Shown piece after piece: positions 8,838 to 17,738 of a DNA stretch of 26,926 nt (the stretch's first letter is position 1; every line of letters starts with the position of its first letter). The notes beneath the pieces were generated by a model. That model did not search any database and was not told the DNA's origin. It was given only the letters and a program-made list of their open reading frames with translations. Source of the stretch: a gamma proteobacterium symbiont of Bathyaustriella thionipta (GTDB lineage Bacteria > Pseudomonadota > Gammaproteobacteria > Chromatiales > Chromatiaceae); contig JAHXHF010000397.1 of assembly GCA_025656895.1 (NCBI GenBank), positions 1-26,926 on the forward strand, in the 5' to 3' direction. Both the position numbers and the translations under genes were made by a program.

Positions 8838-10590
8838 TGGCTGGCTCCTTGTCGTTCTGTACCTGTTGTTCCGTATTTTGCTCCTCCAGTTTGCGTTGCA
8901 GCGAAACTACCGCAGTTTGTACGGAAGGATAAACATTCTCCTTGCCCACCAGTTCACACACTCCGGTACGATCAAAAGTCTCCAGCACGTTTTCCTTCAG
9001 ATTGGCAAAAGACAGACCTACACCCGACTTGGACAGCCGGTCGAGAAGATTGCGTAACATCTCCACTCCTGACGCATCCAGTCCATTGATGCCATCACCC
9101 ACCACCAGAATCTCATGCAGGTCAGGATCTGAGCCAATCAGGTAAAGTACTGCATCCTCGAAATAGCTGACATTGGCAAAATAAAGCTGACCATCAAAAC
9201 GGATAGCGGTTATCTGGGGGTGAAGTTTTGGCAGGTTGTAGCGTTTGGCACTGCGCAGAACACCCTGTTCATCAATACCCAGCATGACAACGCCCGGACG
9301 CATGGTACGGAACAGAAAAAGTACCAGTGACAAGAGGATGCCGGTAAGAATACCGTTCTGAATATTCGGTGCAAAAGCCAGTGTGGCAAAAAAAGTAACG
9401 ATAGCGGCCATGCCATCCTGCGGCTGGGCCTTCCAGGCATCCAGGATTGTTTCAACATTAATCAGACCAAAAACAGCCATCATAATGATGGCGGCCAGTA
9501 CCGGCTTGGGCAGATGGTGCAACAGCGGTGTTAAAAAGAAAAGAGTGAGTAATACAACCAGTGCGCTGATGACGGATGCCAGACCGGTTTTGGCGCCGGT
9601 GGCCAGGTTAAGCGCAGAGCGGGAGAAAGAACCACTCACCGGCATGCCATGACTGAATGCTGCGGCTATCTTGGCCAGGCCTTGTCCGATCAGCTCCTGA
9701 TTTTCATCCCAGCGGGTACGTGTCTTGATGGCAATAATCTTGGAACTGGACATGGCCTCCATGAAACTGATAATGGCAATAACGAAGGCGGCTGGCAGCA
9801 TGTGCAGGCTGGCCACCAGATCGAATGGCGGCATGCTCAACTTAGGCGGTCCCTGTGGAATAACGCCTACAACCACGCCACCTTGTGCTTCAAACCCTGT
9901 CAGATAGCTGATCACTGTGGTGATGATCACAACCATCAGCACGCCGGGTATTTTGGGCGTGAAGCGTTTAAACAATATAAGCAGCAGTAGTGAGCCAAAT
10001 CCAAATGCCAGTGAAGGCAGATGAGTGCGGGCAGAGTGCTCGATAACATGCAGTACATCAATCATGAAGTGCGGGCCGTGCTCCAGATTGAGCCCCAGCA
10101 TGGCTGGTAATTGCGCCAATGCAATAATCAGGGCCGCCGCATTGATAAATCCCCGCAGTACCGGATAGGAAAGAAAATTGATCAGTACTCCCATGCGCGC
10201 CACGCCCAGGATGATCTGCATCAAACCGGACAACAATGCCATGAGAATGACGTAGGCAAAAAACTGATCCGTGCCGAACTTGGCCAGGGTCATGACGCTG
10301 GCTGCCGTCAGTAGTGAAGTCATGGCTACCGGCCCGGTCGAAAGGGCTGGTGAAGAACCCCACAGCGCACCAATAATCACCGGCAGGAAAGAGGCATAAA
10401 GACCGTAATAAGGAGGTACTCCTGCCAGTTGGGCGTAAGCCAGAGATTGCGGAATAGCCACCAGTGCCACGGTGATACCGGCAATCAGATCGGCCCTGAT
10501 CGTTTCCCGGTTCACCTGCGGCAACCAGGCTATAAATGGAAGCAGGCGTTGCCACAGTGATACATGCGTGCGTTTGATAATAATGGTCAT
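8827..10590 (-). CDS. sulP: SulP/SLC26 family anion transporter with C-terminal STAS domain
   Basis: ADLIAGITVALVAIPQSLAYA, GLY, TGPVA, SGSFSRS, STAS-type RFDGQLYFANV and LDASG. Start reassigned to ATG 10590, preceded by GGAG. The substrate cannot be assigned from sequence. Confidence 0.95.
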   Translation of the reverse strand: MTIIIKRTHVSLWQRLLPFIAWLPQVNRETIRADLIAGITVALVAIPQSLAYAQLAGVPPYYGLYASFLPVIIGALWGSSPALSTGPVAMTSLLTAASVMTLAKFGTDQFFAYVILMALLSGLMQIILGVARMGVLINFLSYPVLRGFINAAALIIALAQLPAMLGLNLEHGPHFMIDVLHVIEHSARTHLPSLAFGFGSLLLLILFKRFTPKIPGVLMVVIITTVISYLTGFEAQGGVVVGVIPQGPPKLSMPPFDLVASLHMLPAAFVIAIISFMEAMSSSKIIAIKTRTRWDENQELIGQGLAKIAAAFSHGMPVSGSFSRSALNLATGAKTGLASVISALVVLLTLFFLTPLLHHLPKPVLAAIIMMAVFGLINVETILDAWKAQPQDGMAAIVTFFATLAFAPNIQNGILTGILLSLVLFLFRTMRPGVVMLGIDEQGVLRSAKRYNLPKLHPQITAIRFDGQLYFANVSYFEDAVLYLIGSDPDLHEILVVGDGINGLDASGVEMLRNLLDRLSKSGVGLSFANLKENVLETFDRTGVCELVGKENVYPSVQTAVVSLQRKLEEQNTEQQVQNDKEPANEV

Positions 10591-10638
10591 GACTGCTGTT
10601 TCTCCATCAGGAAGCTCTTTTGCAAGTGCCGGACTCAC

Positions 10639-10761
10639 TAGCCGATATTGATATTGTGAAGGCGGCCAGGAGTCGTATTAATATTAGTAGTTTTTAATTT
10701 TACCAAACGTCTGTATTGATGTATAGTACATAAATTATTAAATAAATTTAAACGTTAATTA
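10639..10761. promoter_or_regulatory. AT-rich divergent control region between sulP and the XRE-Ehr operon; inverted repeat ATGTA-N3-TACAT at 10719-10731
   Basis: Visibly AT-rich compared with the flanking CDSs; divergent gene starts; the short palindrome was read directly. Confidence 0.55.
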
Positions 10762-11028
10762 GTGATGATAACAGGAAGTCAAATGAAGGCAGCTCGCGCT
10801 CTGCTAGGCATAGATCAGCGCCAACTGGCAGATTTGGCCGATCTATCGTTGCCCACTGTACAGCGTATGGAGTCATCTGAAGGCGTCGTACGTTGTAATG
10901 TAGAGTCCATGATGCGGATTATGGAAGCCTTGCGGCAGGCCGGGGTGGAACTGATTGCCGATGACGCCGATAGTCAGGGCAGTGGGCGTGGTGTACGTTT
11001 GCTTGTCGCAGAGGCTGGGCACTCATGA
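10762..11028 (+). CDS. XRE/Cro-family helix-turn-helix transcriptional regulator
   Basis: ITGSQMKAARALLGIDQRQLADLADLSLPTVQRME...EALRQAGVELI...GRGVRL. The stop overlaps the hyfB-like ATG (ATGA). The start may be ATG 10765. Confidence 0.9.
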   Translation: MMITGSQMKAARALLGIDQRQLADLADLSLPTVQRMESSEGVVRCNVESMMRIMEALRQAGVELIADDADSQGSGRGVRLLVAEAGHS

Positions 11029-13037
11029 CGGATTTTTCGCCTCTGCTACTGGCCGAACTGGCTATTCTTGCGGTTCTGTTGTCGGCCCTGTCTGCGCTGG
11101 CCACCCGGCACCTGCCGGCATTGATGCGTCAACTGGTGATTCCGCTGATGGGATTTTCCGGTCTGCTGGCCTTGCTGGCCGGCGTGTGGACACTGGGCAC
11201 GGGGCAGAACAGCACAGCCATACTGCCTATAGGGTTACCCTGGTTACCCTGGCAATTGCATCTGGATGCATTGGCCGGGCTGTTTCTTTCTCTGGTTGGC
11301 GGTATTACTTTCATCGTTTCCTTTTACGCGCCGGCTTATGTGCGTGAGTTCGAGCATGGCAATGATTCGCTGCCTGCACTGGGTGGCTTCACCGGCCTGT
11401 TTATTGCCGGCATGCAAATGGTGATATTGAGTGATGGTGCCTTTGTATTTATGGTCAGCTGGGAGCTGATGTCACTCAGTTCCTACTTTCTGGTTACCTT
11501 TCAGCACGAAAAAGCGGCCAATCGCCGTGCCGGTTTTCTTTACTTGCTGATGGCGCATATCGGCGGACTTTCCATCCTGCTGGGCTATGCGCTGCTGGCC
11601 GCCTACGGTCATGGCCTTAGTTTCGAGGCTATGCGTGCCGCCAGTTTGCCTGAAGGCTGGGCTACCCTTGCCTTTTTGCTGGCCCTGTTTGGCTTTGGCA
11701 TGAAAGCCGGTCTGTTGCCGGTGCATGTGTGGTTGCCGGAAGCGCACCCGGTAGCGCCTTCGCACATCTCGGCGCTTATGTCGGGCGTGATGCTGAAAGT
11801 TGCGGTTTACGGCCTGATCCGCTTTACCTGGGATCTGCTTGGCGATGTACACTGGCAATGGGGTGTAACCCTGCTGATTGTCGGTTCCCTTTCGGCGATT
11901 ATGGGTGTGCTGTATGCCATGATGCAGCAGAATATGAAGCGTCTGCTGGCTTATAGCTCGGTGGAAAATATCGGTATTATCTTTATCGGCCTGGGGTTGT
12001 CGGCCATTTTCAGTGGCACCGGCCATCCGGCACTGGCGGTCATCGGCCTGGTGGCTGCCCTTTACCATGCACTCAATCACGCCATGTTCAAGAGCCTTAT
12101 GTTCCTCGCGGCCGGTGCGGTGCTGCATAGCACGCGTGAACACGATCTTGATCAGATGGGCGGTTTGTTGCGGCGTATGCCCTGGACCGGCCTGTTTTTT
12201 CTGCTCGGTTGCATCAGTATCGCTGCCTTGCCGCCGTTCAATGGCTTCGTGTCCGAATGGCTTACTTTTCAGACTTCATTACAGGCCTGGGCGCTGGACA
12301 GCGGCATTTTGCGTACCCTGCTGCCCATTGCAGCCGCCGTGCTGGCGCTGACCGGAGCCATCGCTGCGGCCACATTCGTGAAACTCTACGGTATCGCTTT
12401 TCTTGGCCGGGCACGCTCGCGCCGGGCGCGTCGGGCGCGCGAAGTAAGTCTGGGTATGCGTAGCGCGCTGGCTATGCTGGCCATCGTCTGTCTGCTGCTG
12501 GGTATTCTGCCCACGCTGGTCATAGATACTCTGAATAGCATTCCTCAACAACTGCTGGGCAAGGGGCTAGAGCAAGCCACCGCCCATGGCTGGTTGTGGT
12601 TGACACCGGTATCTGCCGAAACCGCCAGCTATTCCGCTCCTTTGGTCTTTATCGGAGCCTTGCTCACCTGGTGGCTGGCACAGTTTTTGTTGCGCCGGGG
12701 CAGTGTTCGCAAAGTACGCTATGGCGACCCCTGTGACTGCGGCTTCGGTACGCCGAATGCTCGTATGCAGTACACCTCTGTGGCCTTCGCGCAACCCATG
12801 CGGCGGGTTTTTGCTGACCTTTTCCGGCTGCGCGAAGAAGTTACGCGTGATGAACAGGGACGCGAGCGTCACCAGTTGCAGGTTGAAGACCCGTTGTGGG
12901 ACTGGCTGTATCTGCCGCTGGCGCGGGCGGTTAATGCCTTGTCAAAACTGGTTTCACGACTGCAATCCGGTAATGTCCGTATTTATCTGGGATGGTCACT
13001 GGCAACTCTGGTGGTATTGTTATGGCTGATCTCCTGA
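11025..13037 (+). CDS. hyfB: Antiporter-like membrane subunit (HyfB/NuoL-M-N family) of an Ehr complex
   Basis: WELMSLSSYFLV, GFGMKAG..P.HVWLPEAHPVAPSHISALMSGVMLK, KRLLAYSSVEN, PPFNGFVSEW. Confidence 0.92.
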   Translation: MTDFSPLLLAELAILAVLLSALSALATRHLPALMRQLVIPLMGFSGLLALLAGVWTLGTGQNSTAILPIGLPWLPWQLHLDALAGLFLSLVGGITFIVSFYAPAYVREFEHGNDSLPALGGFTGLFIAGMQMVILSDGAFVFMVSWELMSLSSYFLVTFQHEKAANRRAGFLYLLMAHIGGLSILLGYALLAAYGHGLSFEAMRAASLPEGWATLAFLLALFGFGMKAGLLPVHVWLPEAHPVAPSHISALMSGVMLKVAVYGLIRFTWDLLGDVHWQWGVTLLIVGSLSAIMGVLYAMMQQNMKRLLAYSSVENIGIIFIGLGLSAIFSGTGHPALAVIGLVAALYHALNHAMFKSLMFLAAGAVLHSTREHDLDQMGGLLRRMPWTGLFFLLGCISIAALPPFNGFVSEWLTFQTSLQAWALDSGILRTLLPIAAAVLALTGAIAAATFVKLYGIAFLGRARSRRARRAREVSLGMRSALAMLAIVCLLLGILPTLVIDTLNSIPQQLLGKGLEQATAHGWLWLTPVSAETASYSAPLVFIGALLTWWLAQFLLRRGSVRKVRYGDPCDCGFGTPNARMQYTSVAFAQPMRRVFADLFRLREEVTRDEQGRERHQLQVEDPLWDWLYLPLARAVNALSKLVSRLQSGNVRIYLGWSLATLVVLLWLIS

Positions 13038-13987
13038 ATCCTGTTGACTGGCTGCTGGCGCTGTTGCAGGTGCTGCTGTTTGCGCTGGCCGCACCCTTGC
13101 TGGCTGCCTGGGTCAAACGCATCAAGAGTCGGCTGCAAAACCGCCGCGGACCTTCTTTGTTACAGCCTTACCGTGATTTACGCAAGCTGTTCAGAAAAGA
13201 AGCACGGGTAGCCAACAGTGCTTCTCCGTTATTCCGGGCCGCACCCTATGTGGTCTTTTCTGCAACCTTGATCGCGGCCTCTACGGTGCCGCTGCTGGCC
13301 GTACATCTGCCTACCGCCATTCTGGCTGATGTGATTGTTCTGGTCGGCTTTCTGGCTTTGGCGCGCTTTTTTCTGGCGCTGGCGGGCATGGATGTGGGTA
13401 GCGCATTCGGTGGCATGGGGGCTTCGCGTGAAATGCTGATTTCAGCCCTGGCTGAACCGGCCATGCTGATGGCGATATTCACGCTTACCATGAGCGCACA
13501 CAGCACCAACCTGTCCAGTGTCATTCAGCATGTACTGGATAGCGGGTTGCTGTTGCGACCCTCCTTTTTGTTTGCTTTGCTGGCGCTGCTGCTGGTGGCG
13601 GTTGCCGAAACCGGTCGTATTCCGATCGATAATCCGGCGACCCATCTGGAACTGACCATGGTACATGAAGCCATGATTCTGGAATATTCCGGTCGCCACC
13701 TGGCATTGATGGAATGGGCCGCCCAGATCAAGCTGTTGCTGTACGGCGTATTGATCAGCAATATTTTCCTGCCCTGGGGCATGGCGCAACAACTGGAACC
13801 GCTGCCGTTGCTGATCGGGCTGGCGGCCATTGCCGGCAAGCTGATGCTGCTGGGAGTGGTGCTGGCGGTTTCAGAAACCCTGGTAGCCAAAATGCGCCTG
13901 TTCCGGGTGCCGGCTTATCTCAATCTGGCCTTCCTGCTGGGCTTGCTGGGCATGCTCAGTCATGTGATTCTGGAGGTGGGTGTATGA
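13022..13987 (+). CDS. hyfC: NuoH-like membrane subunit (HyfC/HycD) of an Ehr complex
   Basis: RLQNRRGPSLLQPYRDLRKL, FGGMGASRE, ETGRIPIDNPATHLELTMVHEAMILEYSG. Start taken as ATG 13022. Confidence 0.92.
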   Translation: MADLLNPVDWLLALLQVLLFALAAPLLAAWVKRIKSRLQNRRGPSLLQPYRDLRKLFRKEARVANSASPLFRAAPYVVFSATLIAASTVPLLAVHLPTAILADVIVLVGFLALARFFLALAGMDVGSAFGGMGASREMLISALAEPAMLMAIFTLTMSAHSTNLSSVIQHVLDSGLLLRPSFLFALLALLLVAVAETGRIPIDNPATHLELTMVHEAMILEYSGRHLALMEWAAQIKLLLYGVLISNIFLPWGMAQQLEPLPLLIGLAAIAGKLMLLGVVLAVSETLVAKMRLFRVPAYLNLAFLLGLLGMLSHVILEVGV

Positions 13988-14661
13988 ACCTGGCGCAACT
14001 CGGTCTGCTGGAACAGTCTATTTTTGTGCTGGTGGCGCTGGCGCTGTTCCTTTCCTTTGTGCTGTTGTCGCAGGCACGTCTGACGACCATGATTCACGTC
14101 TTTGCCTGGCAGGGTTTTCTACTGGCTTTGCTGACCGCCATTGTGGCTGCTCTGGGAGACAATCCACATCTTTATATTTCGGCATTGCTTACTTTCCTGT
14201 TAAAGGTATTGCTGATTCCCGCCATGCTGCACCGTCTGATCAGGCGACTGGAACTGGAACGCCACCAGGAACGTCTGCAGAAACAGGCTCTGGTAATGAT
14301 GGCGGGGGCGGCTCTGGTTATCTTCAGTTATTGGGTGGTATTGCCTATCACCCACATGGAACTGGCGCATATCCGCAATGTGGTCAGCCTCAGTCTGGCC
14401 ATTGTTCAGTTGGGTATGCTGCTGATGGTGGCGCGTCGTCAGGTAGTGGCGCAGGTGATCGGTTTCATGTCCATGGAAAATGGCCTGTTTCTGGCAGCTG
14501 TGGCCGCTACTGCGGGTATGCCGCTGGTGGTCGAGTTGGGCATTGCTTTTGATGTGCTGGTGGCTGCGGTGCTGTTTGGCGTATTTTTCTTCCACATTCG
14601 AGACAGTATCGACACCCTGGATGTGGATCAGCTCACACGGCTGTCTGAGGAGGAACGCTAA
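13984..14661 (+). CDS. hyfE: HyfE-like membrane subunit (C-terminal NuoK-like region) of an Ehr complex
   Basis: Real start is ATG 13984, overlapping the hyfC stop; QVIGFMSMENGLFL...GMPLVVELGIAFDV. Confidence 0.9.
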   Translation: MNLAQLGLLEQSIFVLVALALFLSFVLLSQARLTTMIHVFAWQGFLLALLTAIVAALGDNPHLYISALLTFLLKVLLIPAMLHRLIRRLELERHQERLQKQALVMMAGAALVIFSYWVVLPITHMELAHIRNVVSLSLAIVQLGMLLMVARRQVVAQVIGFMSMENGLFLAAVAATAGMPLVVELGIAFDVLVAAVLFGVFFFHIRDSIDTLDVDQLTRLSEEER

Positions 14662-14663
14662 TC

Positions 14664-16136
14664 GTGAATGCCCTCTATGTGATGCTGGGTTTGCCTGCTG
14701 TCGGTGCCATTCTGTTTGTCGCCATCCATAACACACGACTTGCCGGCTGGCTGAATATAGGCGTCAGCGCCGCCAGTCTGGCCGCATCTGTGCTTCTGGC
14801 CTGGGCGGTTATGCAGCAGGGTAGCCTGCACAACGACAATTTTCTGGTGGATTCTTTCAATATCTATCTACTGGTATTGACCACCTTTGTAGGACTGACA
14901 ACAGCTATTTTCTCACGTCCCTATATGCAACATGTCTGCGAAGAGGGCCGCTGCAGCACAGTTCGTATGCGTTTGTATCACAGCATGTTTCAGTCGTTCA
15001 TGTTTACTATGTTGCTGGCTCTTTCAACCAATAATCTGGGGGTGCTCTGGGTGACGGTCGAGGGCGCAACACTGGCAACCGTCATGCTGGTTTCGATCTA
15101 CCGCACACCGGAGGCGGTGGAAGCGGCCTGGAAATATTTTATTCTGTGCGGTGTCGGTATCGCTCAGGCATTGTTCGGCACCATACTGCTGTATTTTGCC
15201 GCGCAGCATGTGCTGGTCAATCCGGAAGAAGGTCTGAACTGGCTGACACTACAGCAGCATTCGGCTGAACTGAGTCCCACGGTGATGGCCATCGCCTTTG
15301 TCTTTCTGCTGGTCGGCTATGGCACCAAGATTGGCCTGGTGCCACTGCATCAGTGGTTGCCGGATGCGCATTCGGAAGGTCCTACGCCCATGTCCGCCAT
15401 GCTTTCCGGTCTGTTGCTGAATATTGCCCTGTATGCCGTCATCCGGGTTAAGATGTTGACAGACAGCTCGCTGGCAGCCACACAACATCCACACATGGCT
15501 GGCCATTTGCTGATGGGCTTTGGTCTGATTTCGTTCCTGATTGCCGGCTTGTTTCTGCACCGCCAACGCGACATCAAACGCCTGTTCAGCTATTCATCCA
15601 TCGAACACATGGGACTGGCCACCTTTGCCTTTGGTATAGGCGGGCCGCTGGCTACCTTTGCGGCATTGTTGCATATGCTGGTGCATTCACTGACCAAATC
15701 ATCCATCTTTATTACGGTAGGGCATGCTACCCACATTGCCGGTACGCAGAATATCGAACATATCCGCGGCCTGATTCGTACCCAGCCGACGGTTGGCTGG
15801 GGGCTGCTGTTTGGCGTGGCCGCCATTGCCGGCTTTCCACCCTTTGGTATTTTCACCAGTGAATTTCTGTTATTGAATGCCACCATGCAAAGCTGGCCCT
15901 GGCTAAGTGTGTTACTGCTGATAGGGCTGGGCATTGCTTTTGCCGGTCTGTTCCGTCATCTGCATCCTATGGTATATGGAGCCACTCCCGAGGGACAATC
16001 GGCTGTCAAGGTAAATATGATTCCGGTCGCCATACAATTGTTGTTGGTGATCTGGATAGGTCTGGCCATGCCTGCTTTTCTGGCTGGCTGGCTGGATCAG
16101 GCAGTACAGTTGATCAGCGGAAAGGGATTACTATGA
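14664..16136 (+). CDS. hyfF: Second antiporter-like membrane subunit (HyfF) of an Ehr complex
   Basis: WVTVEGATL, EAAWKYFILCGVGIA, GYGTKIGLVPLHQWLPDAHSEGPTP, KRLFSYSSIEHMG, FTSEF. Confidence 0.92.
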   Translation: MNALYVMLGLPAVGAILFVAIHNTRLAGWLNIGVSAASLAASVLLAWAVMQQGSLHNDNFLVDSFNIYLLVLTTFVGLTTAIFSRPYMQHVCEEGRCSTVRMRLYHSMFQSFMFTMLLALSTNNLGVLWVTVEGATLATVMLVSIYRTPEAVEAAWKYFILCGVGIAQALFGTILLYFAAQHVLVNPEEGLNWLTLQQHSAELSPTVMAIAFVFLLVGYGTKIGLVPLHQWLPDAHSEGPTPMSAMLSGLLLNIALYAVIRVKMLTDSSLAATQHPHMAGHLLMGFGLISFLIAGLFLHRQRDIKRLFSYSSIEHMGLATFAFGIGGPLATFAALLHMLVHSLTKSSIFITVGHATHIAGTQNIEHIRGLIRTQPTVGWGLLFGVAAIAGFPPFGIFTSEFLLLNATMQSWPWLSVLLLIGLGIAFAGLFRHLHPMVYGATPEGQSAVKVNMIPVAIQLLLVIWIGLAMPAFLAGWLDQAVQLISGKGLL

Positions 16137-17728
16137 ATCGTTTCGACTGGTTATCAGAATATCTCGCCAGACTGGAAGACGAGCATGTGGTCGTGCCCTC
16201 TGGTAATACACAGTCGCTGGCTCCTGCGCATTTGCTGATTATTGATCCGGAAGACTGGGCCAAGGTGGCGGTGGTGGCAAAACAAATGGGATTACGCTGG
16301 GCAGCCATCTGGGGTGATGAACAGGATCATGACATTGTACTGACGGTTGTTCTGGTCTATCAGGGTGATTACATAGCCCTACGCACCGCCATGACTGGCG
16401 ATCATCCCGTTATTGCCTCTCACACACCGGTCTATGCCGCAGCTGACCGTATGGAACGGCACCTGGCGGATATGCTTGGTGTACAGTTTGACGGCCACCC
16501 GGATCCACGCCGCTGGACGCGCCACCGCGCCTGGGAAGCCGATGAATACCCCTTGCGCGCCCATTTTCCGGCCGCCGGCCAGGGTAACGGGCTTACACCG
16601 GCCGACAGTGATTACCCTTTTCCTCCCATTCAGGGTTCGGGGGTGTACGAAATTCCGGTCGGGCCGGTGCATGCGGGCATTATTGAGCCCGGACATTTCC
16701 GTTTTCAGGCTGCCGGTGAGCCCATTCTGAGGCTGGAAGAACGTCTTGGCTATGTCCACAAGGGCATAGAAAAACGCGCCATTGGACGTGACGCTGAAGG
16801 GTTGGCGCGACTGGCCGCACGCATCTCCGGTGACAGCACGGTAGCTCACAGCTGGGCTGCCTGCCAGGCACTGGAACGGGCCTGTCATGTAAAAATACCG
16901 GCAAAAGCCAGCCTCATTCGCGGTCTGTTATGTGAAAGAGAGCGCGTTGCCAACCACCTGGGGGATATTGGCGCCATCTGTAATGATGTAGGTTTTGCAT
17001 TCGCCCAGATGCAATGCCAGGCGTTGCGTGAACAATGGCTGCGCCACAGTCTGACGCTGACCGGCCATCGCCTGATGATGGATGTGGTGCTACCGGGGGG
17101 CGTCCGCGTGGATATTGATCAGGCAGGCCGTGAGCTACTGCGTGCCGAGCATGTCTGGCTACGCGAACAAATCGGTCCTTTGTTTGATATTCTCAACGAC
17201 CATCCTTCGCTGGAAGACCGCTTGCTCAGCAGTGGCTATCTGTCTCCGGCCAGTGCTGCGGAACTGGGAGTGAGTGGCTATGTGGGCAAGGCATCCGGAC
17301 AGGCTGTTGATTTGCGCAAGGATTCGCCCTATGCACCTTATTCCCGTTTGTCGTTCAGCGTTGCGTTGTCCGAGGCCGGAGACGTGGCGGCCCGCATGGC
17401 TATTCGCCAGCAGGAAATCTACAGCAGCCTCGAACTGATGAACGAAATGCTTGACATACTGGAGAATACAGCCGAATCAGAGCCGACGCAGGTAAAGCTG
17501 GCGCCCATACTCGGAGCCGAAGGGCTGGGGTTGATCGACGGCTGGCGGGGTGAAATCATCAGTCATGTACGTCTGGATGACAAGGGGCGCATTGCTCATT
17601 TCTTTGCCCGTGATCCCAGCTGGTTTAGCTGGCCGGCGCTGGAGCGCATTGTGCTTGGCAATATTGTTCCCGATTTTCCGGTATGCAATAAATCGGTAAA
17701 CGCTTCCTATTCGGGACAGGATCTGTGA
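16133..17728 (+). CDS. ehrL: Ehr large subunit: NuoC+NuoD/HycE-like fusion lacking Ni-binding cysteines
   Basis: NuoC-type ERHLADMLGVQFDGHPDPRR and HycE-type GPVHAGIIEPGHFRF...GYVHKGIEK. The L1 motif RxCGxC reads RISGDS; the L2 motif DPCxSC reads NASYSG. Confidence 0.9.
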   Translation: MNRFDWLSEYLARLEDEHVVVPSGNTQSLAPAHLLIIDPEDWAKVAVVAKQMGLRWAAIWGDEQDHDIVLTVVLVYQGDYIALRTAMTGDHPVIASHTPVYAAADRMERHLADMLGVQFDGHPDPRRWTRHRAWEADEYPLRAHFPAAGQGNGLTPADSDYPFPPIQGSGVYEIPVGPVHAGIIEPGHFRFQAAGEPILRLEERLGYVHKGIEKRAIGRDAEGLARLAARISGDSTVAHSWAACQALERACHVKIPAKASLIRGLLCERERVANHLGDIGAICNDVGFAFAQMQCQALREQWLRHSLTLTGHRLMMDVVLPGGVRVDIDQAGRELLRAEHVWLREQIGPLFDILNDHPSLEDRLLSSGYLSPASAAELGVSGYVGKASGQAVDLRKDSPYAPYSRLSFSVALSEAGDVAARMAIRQQEIYSSLELMNEMLDILENTAESEPTQVKLAPILGAEGLGLIDGWRGEIISHVRLDDKGRIAHFFARDPSWFSWPALERIVLGNIVPDFPVCNKSVNASYSGQDL

Positions 17729-17738
17729 GGGAACAGCC

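Noticed and set aside
10711-10726. LexA (SOS) box-like sequence CTGT-ATTGATGT-ATAG
   Set aside because: Mismatch in the critical ACAG half-site, AT-rich background, and no SOS-type genes adjacent.
13714-13983. N-terminal extension of the hyfE ORF; similar extensions on ilvI, sulP, udg, pfp and MIF
   Set aside because: The hyfE, udg and MIF extensions overlap the upstream gene. The ilvI, sulP and pfp extensions precede a better SD-backed start. Homologous sequence begins at the reassigned starts.
11025-16136. Mrp antiporter, DAB inorganic-carbon pump or NADH dehydrogenase I
   Set aside because: The antiporter-like subunits come with NuoH-, NuoCD- and NuoB-like partners. There is no MrpE/F/G set, no DabA-like soluble subunit and no NuoEFG.
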